Source of the DNA: Neocallimastix sp. 'constans'
Lineage: Eukaryota
Length of the DNA: 64,000 nt
Direction of reading: 5' to 3'
Assembly (NCBI GenBank): GCA_050613775.1
Contig: JBODTK010000011.1
Span: 434,001 to 498,000, forward strand
The notes under the pieces were generated by a model. That model saw only the letters and a program-made list of their open reading frames with translations. It was not told the DNA's origin and searched no databases. Both the position numbers and the translations under genes were made by a program. The first letter of the stretch is position 1; each line of letters begins with the position of its first letter. Shown in pieces: positions 1-13,565 of this stretch.

Positions 1-1426
1 CTAACTCCACTTATTGGATCATTGATAGTGATTCTGGTATCAATTTAACTAATAACATAAAACTATCTAAATAATTTATATAAGTAATAAAAATATTTTT
101 TATCCAAATGGTAATTTAAATAAAGTTGAAAACATAAGTACTTATTACAATGGAAAATTTAAAAATAACGATATTGTACTATTAAATGTTTATTACGAGT
201 CAAATATTCAAAACAATTTAATATCCACTCATTCAATTCTCAAAAATGGATGTGCTATAATTATGAAACGCGTAAATAACAAAGATCGTTTACAAATATT
301 CAAAAATAAAAAATCTAAATACATATATCTTTGCGAATGATTAAAATTTATTCGCTTTTTGATACAATATCTATAAATAATATTGTTACCAAAAAAAAAA
401 AAAAAATTTTTGTATAGGCCATTATTATAATAATAATACTAAAGACTTTATTATTATTGAGCATACTAAAAATCGTACTGATAAAAATTGCCGCCAATGC
501 AAAATCACAAAATTAAAAAGAAAACCTTTTAATTCTTCTCCTAATAATGCCATTAAACCTATGGAATTAGTTCATTCCGATGTCGCTGGTAAACTGGAAA
601 CATCTTATAATGATTTCAATTATTATGTTATTTTTCTCGATGATTTTTCTAAAAAAAAAAAAAAAAAAAAAAAAAATTGGGTTTATCTTATCAAATATAA
701 ATCTGATGTTCCCAATATTTTTATTAAATTTCATAGATTTATTTCTAATACTTCTTCACTTAATATTATTCCTTTTAAATATGATAATGGTACAGAATAT
801 ATTAATAAACCTCTTACAGATTACCTAGATGAGAATGGTACAAATTTTTATTCATTCCGTTCCTGGTAATTCTCATCAAAATGGTAGTGTTGAACGGTTG
901 AACCAAACTCTTAATCGTTGTGTTTCTACTTTACTTAACTCACCCAAGCTCTCTTCTAAACCCTGGGATTCTGCTATACTCTCTGCTGCTTATCTTTATA
1001 ACTTTTTATCCACATCAAAGTATTTATTATAATAAAAATTCTTAATGAATTATTTTTCAACAAACCCGTTGATATTGCACATCTTAAAAGTTTTTATTTA
1101 TTAAGCCTTCTTTTATAATAATCATAAAATTCAATAAATTTGAAAATAATTCCAAACCTTGGTATTTTCCTTGGTTATGCAAAAGGTTCTCTTGGTTATA
1201 AAATTTTAAATGTTTCTACTAATTCTATTATTACCACCAGAGATGTTTATTTTTTTTTTAGAAGATATTCCTTGGTACTATTAATACTACTTTCTTTTAC
1301 AATAAATATATTGACTCTATTATAGATTTCAAGGATTTATTAAATGAGGGGGGAAAGTAATAATTCTAATGATATTATGAATGATTTACAATTAAAAAAA
1401 ATCCTTTAAATAATAATAATGATATG

Positions 1427-2119
1427 TGATAAGAAAATAACTAATTTAATAATAAAATATAATATTTTAAATGTATGAAATTAAATTTTGTATACAAATT
1501 GCGTTCTCGTGAAAATATGATTATAATTGTTAAAAAAAAAATAAAAGTTAATAAACACTTCTTTAAAAAATATTAATAATTAAACACATAAATTTACAAA
1601 ATAAAATATTTATTTGTATTTTATAATTATGTCTTTGTTAGAGATATTTTATTATAAGATCAAGAGTATTTTTTTTTTTTAAATTTTAACAAAATTACTT
1701 AATTTTATACTTTTCGGAATGTCATAATTTATTGGTTATAGTAATATTTAGAATAAATTAATAATTATTTTAATATTAAGTCTTTCGTTTATTTTGATGA
1801 AGAGAAGAAAAGTGAAAAGTAAACAAAAGAAAAGAAAGAGAAAATTTTATAATGAAATATTAAAATTAATAAATAAAACATATATAAAACTGACCGGTAT
1901 AATTAATAATACTTGTTTATTATAATTATTAGTTTTGTTAATAAAAATTATTTTATTTTTATTTGTAGTTTCCATTAAATATATTAAAACCTATTATTTA
2001 TATTTAAAGGGTAAATATAAATAATAAAGGTCACTTTACAAGTACTTTAACAAGTAATAAAGTGGTCTCATTTTTATAAATTTTTCTTTAAGCTAGAGTG
2101 TTTGTAAAGAAATTTATCA
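1427..2119. mobile_element. Solo LTR (693 bp) nested in the Copia IN-RT linker
   Basis: Termini TGATAA...TTATCA (TG..CA, 6-bp inverted repeat), flanked by a perfect 5-bp direct repeat ATATG at 1422-1426 and 2120-2124. Confidence 0.8.
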
Positions 2120-2406
2120 ATATGAATAATAATAATAGTAGTAGTAATAATAATAATAATAATAATAATAATTTGAACAATAATAATTTATTTAGTAATA
2201 ACAATTTAAATAATAATAATAATTTATATAATTATAATAATAATAGTAATATTTTTAAAAATAACAATAATTTAAATAATAATAATAATTCAAACAATAA
2301 TAATTATACAAATAATAATTCTTTTAATAATAATCAACACATCAATACTAACTTAAATAAAAATAATTTAATTAGCAATAATAACCTAAATAATAATAAT
2401 TTAATC

Positions 2407-2718
<312 letters not shown>

Positions 2719-3040
2719 TTAAATAATAAAGGATCTCGAAGAAGAAAGTGAATATAATAGTGATTCAGATAACGAACCATCAAATTTAAGAAAAGAAAAA
2801 TTAAAAAAAAAAAATAAATAAATATAACAAACGACACGAAGTTATGAACATTATTATGAACGTTCCAAACACATACGAACAAGCCATCAATTTAGAAGAC
2901 AGCAATGGAATGGAAATTAGCCATTAAGGAAGAGCTTTCAAACATGTATAACAACAATGTAATGAAAGTAGTTAATAAAATTCAAAAAAAAATGAACACA
3001 TAATAGATACTAAATGAGTATTCACTGAAAAGGATGATAA

Positions 3041-3082
<42 letters not shown>

Positions 3083-6000
3083 CAAAACTAGTTGCTCGTG
3101 GTTTCCAACAACTATTTGGGCAATATTTTAATGAAACATATTCACCAATAATTCAAGTCGACAGTCTCATATTAACAGTCGCTATAGCCTCTTCAAATGA
3201 ATGGAACCTTAAACAATTAGATATAAAAAGCTGCATACTTATATGCTGATTTAGAAGAAAAAAAAATATCTGAAAATACCTTTAGGTGATAAAAACTACA
3301 ATAAAAATAAATATTGGCTATTAAAGAAGGCTCTCTATGGTTTAAAGCAAGCTGGTAGAATGTGGTATAAAGAAATATCGAGATATCACATTTTCTCATT
3401 AGTATTAGTTTTTAAAAAATACAATACAAATAAATGTTTTTTTGGTAAATATGATAGAAGTAATAATTTAATTTGTTTAATAGCGTTATATGTTGAATGA
3501 CATTTTAATAATGGGAAAGGACAATGAAATAAATTATGTTATTAATAAATTAAAAGGTAAATATTAGATTTCAAAATAATCAAAGACAAATAAAATAATA
3601 GGTATCAATATATATATAACTAAAAATGGATACAAAATAAATCAAATTGATTACAGCAACAAGATTATCAAAAAAATATAAGATGAATAAAACAAAGAGT
3701 ATCAAAACGCCTTGCAGAAATGTAACAGATTTTGAAAGAGAAAATTCAAATTTGGTTAATGTTGGGGAATATAAATCTTTACTTGGTGCTCTTCTTTACA
3801 TAGCAGTAAAGTCCAGACCTGACCATATCTTTCGCAGTAAACCAAGCTTCAAGAAATTGTGAAAATCCAACCGAAGCAGACTATAGATCATTAATGTACA
3901 TATTAACAATATTTAAAAGGAATAAATTAACAAATCAATATGTTAATAATAAAAGAAACAGATTCATTAGATATTCTGATTCAGATTTTGCAAATGATGA
4001 AAAAACAAGAAGATCTAACTAGCGGTTTTATTTTCTTACTTGGTGATAATCCAATTTCATGGAAATCTCAACAACAAAAAAGGCATAACTCTATCCACTG
4101 CAGAAGCTGAATTTGCAAGTTTGACTGAATGTGCCAAACAAGGTATTTGGGTATTTGATATTATATTTTATTTAAAGAAATATTTAATAAAGAAATAAAA
4201 ATTAAAATTATAGTAGATAATAAACCTTGTATAGCAATAGCTTAAGATACAAATTCAAAAGGCCGATGTAAACACATAGATACTAGATATAAATTTATAC
4301 AAGAAGAAATAAATAATAATAATATTATATTAGAATATTTTTAATACAGAAAATATGTTAGCCTATCCTCTAACAAAAAGTATTACAGGTATAAAAATGA
4401 ATCGTTTTAAAAATTTAATTTTTACAAATTAAAAAAAAAAAAAAAAAAAAAATTATGATATTTAATGTAGGAGGAATGTTAAGTAATGTACATCAAAGTA
4501 TTATAAAGTATATTAATAATATAATGTATGTAATAGATTTAATATTGAATTAATGTATAATATTAAATAATTGAGTCCTTTTATTATAAAATAATAAAAT
4601 AATAATTAATAAATAAGTAAATATACATCATAATCCAGCGTGACAAAAATAAAAAATTAATTATTATATATTTAATTATTCATAAAATATAAAATCTATT
4701 CTTATCGAATAAAAGAAGACTAATATATACTAATTGATAATAATATTTATTCTTTTTGTAAATATTAAACAATCCTTCAATTATTTGTAAATATTATATA
4801 TCATACTTTCAATTAATACATACTTTCAATTAATACAATAAATATTTATAATTAAAAAAAAAAAAAAAAAAAAAGGGAAAAAGAAAAAAAATATATATAT
4901 AATAATATAAATATTGTGTGTGTACACCACATTCTGTGTGACTTCATAACATTTTCTGATTTAATGGGAATATACATAGAAAAAAAAAAAAAAAAAAAAA
5001 AATTATTAATATTATGAAAATGAATGAAATGAATTCAAACAATGTGATTTCTTTTTATTATCCTTATATTTATAGCTTTAACTTTATCATTAATGCTCTT
5101 AAATATTTGTAATTATAATAATGATATGATTGAAGATACTAATAAATCCAATTTAGACCATTTATATCCAAACATTAATCCATCCTTCATCTTTAATATT
5201 TTAATTTTATGTTGGTCAAACTATTTTTTTTTTTTTTTTTAATAGATATAAATTTGGAAGAAAAATATTTTTCAGGAAAAAAAAAATAACAGATATTGAA
5301 CTAATTTTGAATGAATTATGATGTAAAATCATTTTCACGTATTTATACTAATCAAAAGAATATAACATTAATATTTTATCATGTAATATTTATTTTAAAA
5401 ATGAATTTCATTTCTTTTGTGGAAAATGCTATTTTGTTATTTAATATACATCCTGAAAATAATACTTTACAGTTAATGAAGTTTTAAATTCTAAATATTT
5501 AATTGAAAAATGTTATTTCTTTAAATTTTGGATTAACATTACAGCACATAATAAATATCTAATATATCCAATACTGATAATGTAAATGTATATAATAATA
5601 TTGTTCGTATATTCATTGCATTATTTGTAAGTGATACTAATATTTTCTTTTAATAAAAAATATTATAAAAATAATAGATTATTATTTTTTATCTATTTTA
5701 AATATATATACATTAATGAGTATTTAGATTATTTTCCCAAAAATCAATCATTCCTATGAATTATAGGTGCTTTCTAAATAATATTAATCATATCATTTAA
5801 ATCATTAAACATGATAATATGACAATCTCTGTCTATGATGTATTAAACTCCATGACAGTATCTATTATAATTTTGAAGATTATTATTATTCAACAATTGG
5901 AATGCTTTCTTATTAACGAATTTTTTCAAATTAATAATTTTTATGTTATGTTAATGTTAAAATTATAAAGCTATCTATATAATATAATATAATAATTTTT

Positions 6001-6105
6001 TATTTATTTTTTTTTATCTATTTATCTATTCATTTATTTATTAATTAACTATTGATATATGAAATTATTTAAATATAACTTTTACAATATAAAAATATTT
6101 TATTA

Positions 6106-6169
<64 letters not shown>

Positions 6170-6257
6170 TTTTTTATTTTTTCTTAAAGAATAGTTATAT
6201 AATTATATATTAGTCACATCACTTCATATAAAATTTTAAGCTTCCTGTGTGTATATA

Positions 6258-6659
6258 ATTTTTTTTTTTTTTTTAAAAAAAAATATTTTTAAAAAAACAC
6301 CAGGCAAGACAGAAATAATGTATTTTTCATTTTATAAAGATTTATATAAATTATAAAATACTTTTTTTTACATAAAATAATGAAATGACTCCACTAAAAT
6401 ATTATTTATAATGAGATTACTATGAAATTATTGAAATATAACTTATGCCATATTAATATTTTTTTTTTTTTTTTAAAAAAAAAATATTTTTAAAAATACA
6501 CCAGGCAAGACAGAAATAATGTATTTTTCATTTTATAAAGATTTATATAAATTATAAAATACTTTTTTTTACGTAAAATAGTGAAATGACTCCACTAAAA
6601 TATTATTTATAATGAGATTACTTATGAAATTATTGAAATATAACTTATGCCATAGTAAT
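6258..6659. repeat. Tandem duplication, 2 x ~200 bp
   Basis: CACCAGGCAAGACAGAAATAATG...GACTCCACTAAAA...CTTATGCCATA recurs at ~6298 and ~6499 with few differences. Confidence 0.93.
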
Positions 6660-6873
6660 AAATAATATATTTAAACGGCTTTTCACAATATTTTATAATT
6701 AAATATTTTATAACATTTAAAAAAAAAAATAAAATAAATAAAAAAATAAATAAACAATAATTAAAATTATATATAAAGTAATTTCAATTTTTATTATAAA
6801 AAAATATATATATATATTTATCACTTTGAAATAAAATGTCATAAATTTAAAAAGTTTGAAATATTGGAAAGTG

Positions 6874-6905
<32 letters not shown>

Positions 6906-7165
6906 TTCAAACTTTACAATATTTATTATATTTTATTTTATACACAAATAACAAAAAAATAATTAATTTCTTTTTTTTTTTTTTATTAATATTATTATTA
7001 TTATTATTATAATTAACGTTATTTATTTACAATAAATGATATGTTATATATTTCAAAAAATATATATATTGTATAAAGATAATTTAATTCAATAATAAAA
7101 AAAATATTATAAAAAAAACAAAATAAAAAAAAAAAAAAAAAAGTTATATAAATCGATATATATAA

Positions 7166-7204
<39 letters not shown>

Positions 7205-7559
7205 TTTTTAATTGTCTATAAAGTTAAAATGATTCAATAGATATACAGTTTATTTATATTAAAAATGATTCATTAAATATTATTTTATTTATGAATAATT
7301 AAATTAAATTAAATTATTATTTTCTGATATATTTAACAAAAAATAATAAATTTAATTATTATTTTTTGATAATTTTTTTTAATAAATTATTTCTTTTCTT
7401 TCACTTAATATATAATTTCTTTTTATTCTGATTTTATAATTTATAATAACTTCGTTTAATAAATAAAATTTAATTTGAATTAGATATAAAAATTAAAGTT
7501 GTTTATACTATAAATAAAATTATTTAAAAAATAAATATATAGTATTAGTATATTTGTAT

Positions 7560-8489
7560 TCCTTAAATATATTATTTTTTTTTTTTTCATCAATAAAATA
7601 TATATATGATATTTACATGCTCCTGGATTTAATTCTTCACATGCATCTATAATTATATTTACAAAAAAAAAAGTATATATATTAATATATTTGTTTATAT
7701 TCTGTAACTAAAAATTATTTTATTCTATTCTTTTTTTGTTTTTTTTTTATAAATACATTATTTTAATTTTTTATAAAAATATAAATATTATACCTATCCA
7801 ATCTGAATATACATCAATAGGATGACTCAATGCTATAAATAAATATATTAAAAAATTAATTACATATTAATATTATTTTATTCTAAATTAATGAAAAATT
7901 GCTTCTTTTTTTTTTTTCATTTTTATCTATTATTATTATTTTTTTTGTTTCTGTTTTTTGTTTTTTTTTTTTGTTTTTTGTTTTTTGTTTTTTTTTTTAA
8001 TAACAATAAAACATTATATAATATAACATAAGAAAAAAAAAAAGTTCAATTACAATTTATAGCACTTTGATAATTTGCACCACAAATACTACATTTCAGC
8101 TCTCCTACTTTAGTTTCATGTATCCTGTTATTTATATTTTTTCCATTATAAATATATACATATGTTTCGGTTTTTATTTCAAGATTTTAAATATATTAAT
8201 TTTTTGTTAAGTCAATTGAAATTATTAAGTATTGTCATATTTCATATTCAAATATACATGTGAATAAAATAGTCATATTTCATATTCAAATATACATGTG
8301 AATAAAATAGAAAGATAAATAATATATATTTCAATTTTTTGATATTTTATTATATTATAAGAGATGAAAATGAATATACAATAATAATTTCATTGCAATG
8401 ATTAAAAAAAAGAAATATAATTATAATTAGTTTATTATTATATATTTATATAAATAAATAATTATATTTTAATTAATTATATTTCTTAA

Positions 8490-8527
<38 letters not shown>

Positions 8528-8636
8528 TTTTAACAGTAATAGATTTTTCGTGATTACAGAAAAGACAGTCAAATTGAGTATCAAGAACTGGTCTCTTTCT
8601 GACAACTTGCTTTCTCTTAGCCTTTCTCTTACCCAT
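7560..8636 (-). CDS. ELF1: Transcription elongation factor ELF1/ELOF1 (zinc ribbon), ~83 aa, spliced
   Basis: Exons 8636-8527, 8124-8054, 7832-7794 and 7646-7617, plus a probable 7561-7560 that completes the TGA. All introns are GT..AG and in frame. Translation: [83 protein letters not shown]. This has the MGKRK start, CxxC..CxxC and DVYSDWIDAC signatures of Elf1. Confidence 0.95.
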
Positions 8637-10879
8637 TTTTTATATATAATTAAATCTTATTATTTAATAATAAAATTTTTATTTTTCTTTTAAAAAAATT
8701 TAAAAAAGAAAAAAGTTAAAACTAACTTTAGAAGACTTACTTCTTTATATATAAACAATAAAAAAAAAAATAATAAAAAAATAATAGATTCTTTTAGAAT
8801 ATATTATTGGAAAAAAAATTTTTTTTATCCATATCTAATTATATAAGCTAATGATCAATTTGCCACATGACTCTTTGTATATGTGATTCATCTATTTATA
8901 TCTTTCTCTATATTAAAATGTATTAAAATGAGCAAATACATTGATTTCAATATTTAATTTGCCACAGATAATTAGAATAATTGTAATATAAATATTAAAA
9001 AACCAAAAAAAGTAAAAAAAAAAAAAAATGGATATAAAATTTCAAAAAAATTGATTAAATAAATATTAAATTTTTATTAAAAAATATTTGTTTTTTATTT
9101 ATATTATTATTTATTATATATAAATAATATATAAATAATATATATTAAATAATAATATATTATTTAATATTAATATTTTAATATTTATATTTTATAAATT
9201 ATAATTACATTTATTATATATATTAATAATATATATATAAATTTAACTTTAGATTATATATATAATAAATAATAATTATTAAGATACAAATATTAAATAA
9301 TTAAATATAAATAATAATTATAAAGATACAAATAATTAAAATTAAAATATAAATAATAAAAATTAAGATATAAATAATTAATAAAATATATTTATAAATA
9401 ATTCGAATATTAATAATTAGTTATATTTAAATAATAGATTTTTAACAACTTTTTATAACTTATTATATACAAACAATTAAATAATTATAATTCTGTATAA
9501 ATAATAAATTATAGTATTTGTAGTATTACTATTTAATCTAATTATAAATGATTAGTTAATATACGAAGGTGGAATTAAATGACTTTTTTATTATAAAAAT
9601 ATTTACATACATTATATAGTAAATTTTTTTACATTAGATGTTTTTAATCAATTAATTATCAATTTAAAAAGAATAATTAATATTTATGAACCAAATACTT
9701 TGGATTTAAGCATATATCTAAAAGTAATTAAGGAAACAATTTTATTCCAATTAATTATTATTTTATGTATTAATACAATAATATCTTTAACTAATATTTA
9801 TTATTATTTATATAATCTCATTTTTAAGCCTAAGTATTGATAAAAATAACCTTCTTGGTCCAAAAAAGGGTTACGGACAAATTAATATTAATGATAGTCT
9901 ATTTTTTAATAAATTTTATCAGTCTATAATATTTTTTTTTTTATTTTTGGACTTAATCATTGATATAATGAAGTAAAAGAAAAAAAAATATGAATTAAAA
10001 ATAATAAATGATAGCCAGTTTTTATTATATTTAATTAAAAAGTATATATTTCTTTAACAAATTTCTAATTTACTATTAAAGAGCTTTAAAGTTATTTAAC
10101 AATATTTCATGTCTAAAAAGTTCAAATAAATATTTTGTTTCTGAAAACAACATAATTATTATTAAAAAATATATATAAGTCTTTAATAATATTTCATACT
10201 AAAAAATTTCTGATATATTATTAATAATATTAATATTATTATATATATATATTAGGAAGTTGTAATTATTTATAAAATAATGCAAGTTATGAACTAATTA
10301 AAAATAATAATAGTAGTCCAATTTTATTATATTTAATAAAATAAAAAACATTTAAGTTTAAACAAATTTCGTATCAAGTGTTACTAATATATAATTAATA
10401 CGCATTTAGGTCCTAAGTAGAATTTCATATCCAAAAACTACCATTTTAACAATGTTTCATGTCTGAAAACTACGATTTATTATATTAATTATGTAGAATA
10501 TATTTGAGTTTTTTTTTGAAGTTTGAAAAAGAGATAGGTAAAATAAACTAACCCTGTGATTTATAATTTATTATATATTTAATATTATTTATTTTTTATT
10601 TATTATTTATTATTTATTATATATTATTTAATATATAATTATTTATTATTTATTATTTATTATTTATTATTTATTATATATAATCTAGTTAATATTATTC
10701 CAACTTCACTTATTAACCTTATCAATTAATAAAAAAATGTATTTATATATTATAATAAAAAAACCTAATTTATTAATAAATTAATACTTATTAACTAAAA
10801 CGATTAAATTGATTTACTACAATTTATTATCTAATGTATTTAATAATAATTAGTAATACATAATAAATAAAATATAAAA

Positions 10880-11450
10880 CATAATAAATAATAAATAATT
10901 GAATAAATTGAATAATTAAATAATTGAATATTAAATAATAATAAATAATAAATAGTAAATAGTAAATAGTAAATAATAAATAGTAAATAATAAATAATAA
11001 ATAATAAATAATAAATAATAAATAATAAATAATAAATAATAAATAATAAATAATAAATAATTAAATAATAAAAAGAGTATTTATTAATAAATAAATAAAT
11101 AATAAATAATAAATAATAAATAATAAATAATAAATAATAAATAATAAATAATAAATAAATAATAAATAATAAATAATAAATAGTAAATAATAAATAATAA
11201 ATAAATAAATAATTGAATAATAAATAATAAATAGTAAATAATAAATAATAAATAATAAATAATAAATAATAAATAATAAATAATAAATAATAAATAATAA
11301 ATAATTGAATAATAAATAATAAATAATAAATAATAAATAATTATATATTAAATAATTATATATTAAATAATAAATAAATATTAAATAATTTAATATTAAA
11401 TAATTGAATAATTGAATAATAAATAATTGATATTAGTAGTAATAATATTA
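10880..11450 (+). repeat. (AATAAAT)n heptamer minisatellite with variant units
   Basis: Tandem AATAAAT with AGTAAAT, AATTGAAT and AAAAGAGTATTTATT variants. Confidence 0.9.
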
Positions 11451-11957
11451 ATAAATAACAGATAATATTTTGAAATACTATACTTTTTATATAAAAATTA
11501 ATTCAAAATTAATTCTTTAATATTAATATCTTTCAATAATATTTTATTCTGAACATTTATAAAAAAAAAATAATTCTACCTGAACAACTGTACTTTTTAT
11601 AGTGTTTTTATTCAAGATAATTATTTATTATATTTGATGTTATTATGTTAAAATTAATATTTTTTTTTTCTTAAATATTTATAAAGTTATAAAATTATAA
11701 AAAATGACTTTTTTTATGTTTTTTTATGTTTAGTAACTATTAAATATATTCGTTTAAAAAAATAATTCAAGAAAATCAAAAAAATCAAAAGTCAATTCTT
11801 ATTACATAAAATCAATAAAACTTAGGATTATATCCCTTAACAGAATAGTAATAATATTCATTTTTTTTATATATGAAATATTCATATAATTATGGACATT
11901 TTAAAAAAATTAAAAAATTATTAATTTTGAAAAAAAAAAAGAGAAATACTTCAAAAG

Positions 11958-11988
<31 letters not shown>

Positions 11989-12464
11989 TTATAATTAAAA
12001 TATTAATTCATTTATAGAAAATTTAGAATAAAAATATTTTTTTTATAATAATAAAAGAACTATTCAACATTACTTCTAATATTATTTCAATATTTTATTT
12101 CATTTCAAAATTTTATTTCATTTCAATATTTAATTATAGCATTATTTTTAAATGAGAGATTATATTCTTTTTTTTATTTCTTATTTCTTATTTTTATTTC
12201 TTATTTCTTATTTTTATTTTTTTTTGATTAAAGGTACATAAAACAAAAAACTAATAAAGATTATTAAAAAAGAAAAAAAAAAATTTTTTTCTTTCTCTTT
12301 TTCTGTTTTTTTTTTTTTTTTTTTTTTTCTTTTCTTTTCTTTTCTTTTTTTCTTTTCTTTTCTTTTCTTTTTCTTTTCTTTTCTTTTTCTTTTCTTTTCG
12401 TTTAATTTTCTTTTTTAAGTTTTCTTTTAACCTTAAAAATTTAATTTACATAATTAATAATAAA

Positions 12465-12960
12465 TTTATTATTTATTATTTATTATTATTTATTATTTAT
12501 TATTTATTATTTAATATTTAATATTTAATATTTAATATTTAATATTTATTATTTATTATTTATTATTTATTATTTATTATTTATTATTTATTATTTATTA
12601 TTTATTATTTATTATTTATTATTTATTATTTATTATTTATTATTTATTATTTATTATTCAATTATTTATTATTTATTATTTATTATTTATTATTTATTAT
12701 TTATTATTTATTATTCAATTAGTTATTATATATTTATTATTTATTATTATATAATTATTAATTTTTAATTATTAATTATTATTAATTATTCAATTATTTA
12801 TTATTTATTATTTATTTAATTATTATTTATTATTTATTATTTATTATTCAATTAGTTATTATATATTATATATTATTTACTATTTAATATTTACTATTTA
12901 TTATATATTATTATTTATTATTTACTATTTAATATTTAATATTATTTATTATTTATTATT
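12465..12960 (-). repeat. (ATTTATT)n minisatellite, reverse orientation of the 10880-11450 array
   Basis: Tandem ATTTATT with TTATTCAATT variants, the reverse complement of AATTGAATAA. Confidence 0.9.
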
Positions 12961-12976
12961 TTTTTTATATTGAAAT

Positions 12977-12996
12977 TTTCAAGAAATTTCAAGAAA
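12977..12996. promoter_or_regulatory. Heat-shock element (HSF site), four perfect inverted nGAAn units
   Basis: TTCaaGAAatTTCaaGAA at 12978-12995, ~570 bp upstream of the HSP70 ATG. Confidence 0.75.
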
Positions 12997-13565
12997 TAAT
13001 AAAAAAAAATTTATTTATTTATTTATCTATCTATCTATTCATTTATTTGCCTAATAATATATTTATCTATTTAATAAGTTATTTTTTTATTTATTAATTT
13101 TGGTCCAATTTTAATTAATAAATTTTTTTTTAATTTTTTAAATTTAATAAGAGAATGATCGAGAAATATTTTAAAATAATATATAGTAAATTAAATTGAA
13201 CAAATATATTACAATATAATGAAATCTGTATCTTTATTTTATTTTTTTTTTTGATTAAATTTAAAATAAGAAAAAAATATTTTTATATAAATACTAAAGT
13301 TTTTTACTTTTTTTTTTTTTCATCATTGATTTAATTAACAATATTTAATTTATTATTTTTTGTAAAAAGTATTTAATTATACCAATATACCTTTACTATT
13401 AACTATAGTAGTGATTATTTAATTTTTTTTTTCTTTAGAAAAAAACAAGAAGTGAATTTAATTTATTAATACAAATTTAAACAAACAAAAAAACAAATTA
13501 ATTTATTTATTAAAAGCGATTAAAATTATTTATTAATAGAAATAAAACAAGTATATTAAATAAAA

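Noticed and set aside
5020..5930. Slightly coding-like sequence after the Copia LTR
   Set aside because: No sustained frame or recognisable motif.
8234..8309. Short tandem duplications (also 4804-4837, ~31404-31495 and ~38350-38450) considered as CRISPR-like or regulatory arrays
   Set aside because: Only two copies each, with no unique spacers, in a eukaryotic context; ordinary local duplications.
10547..10556. CTAACCCT resembling a telomerase RNA template
   Set aside because: An isolated 8-mer with no supporting structure; expected by chance.
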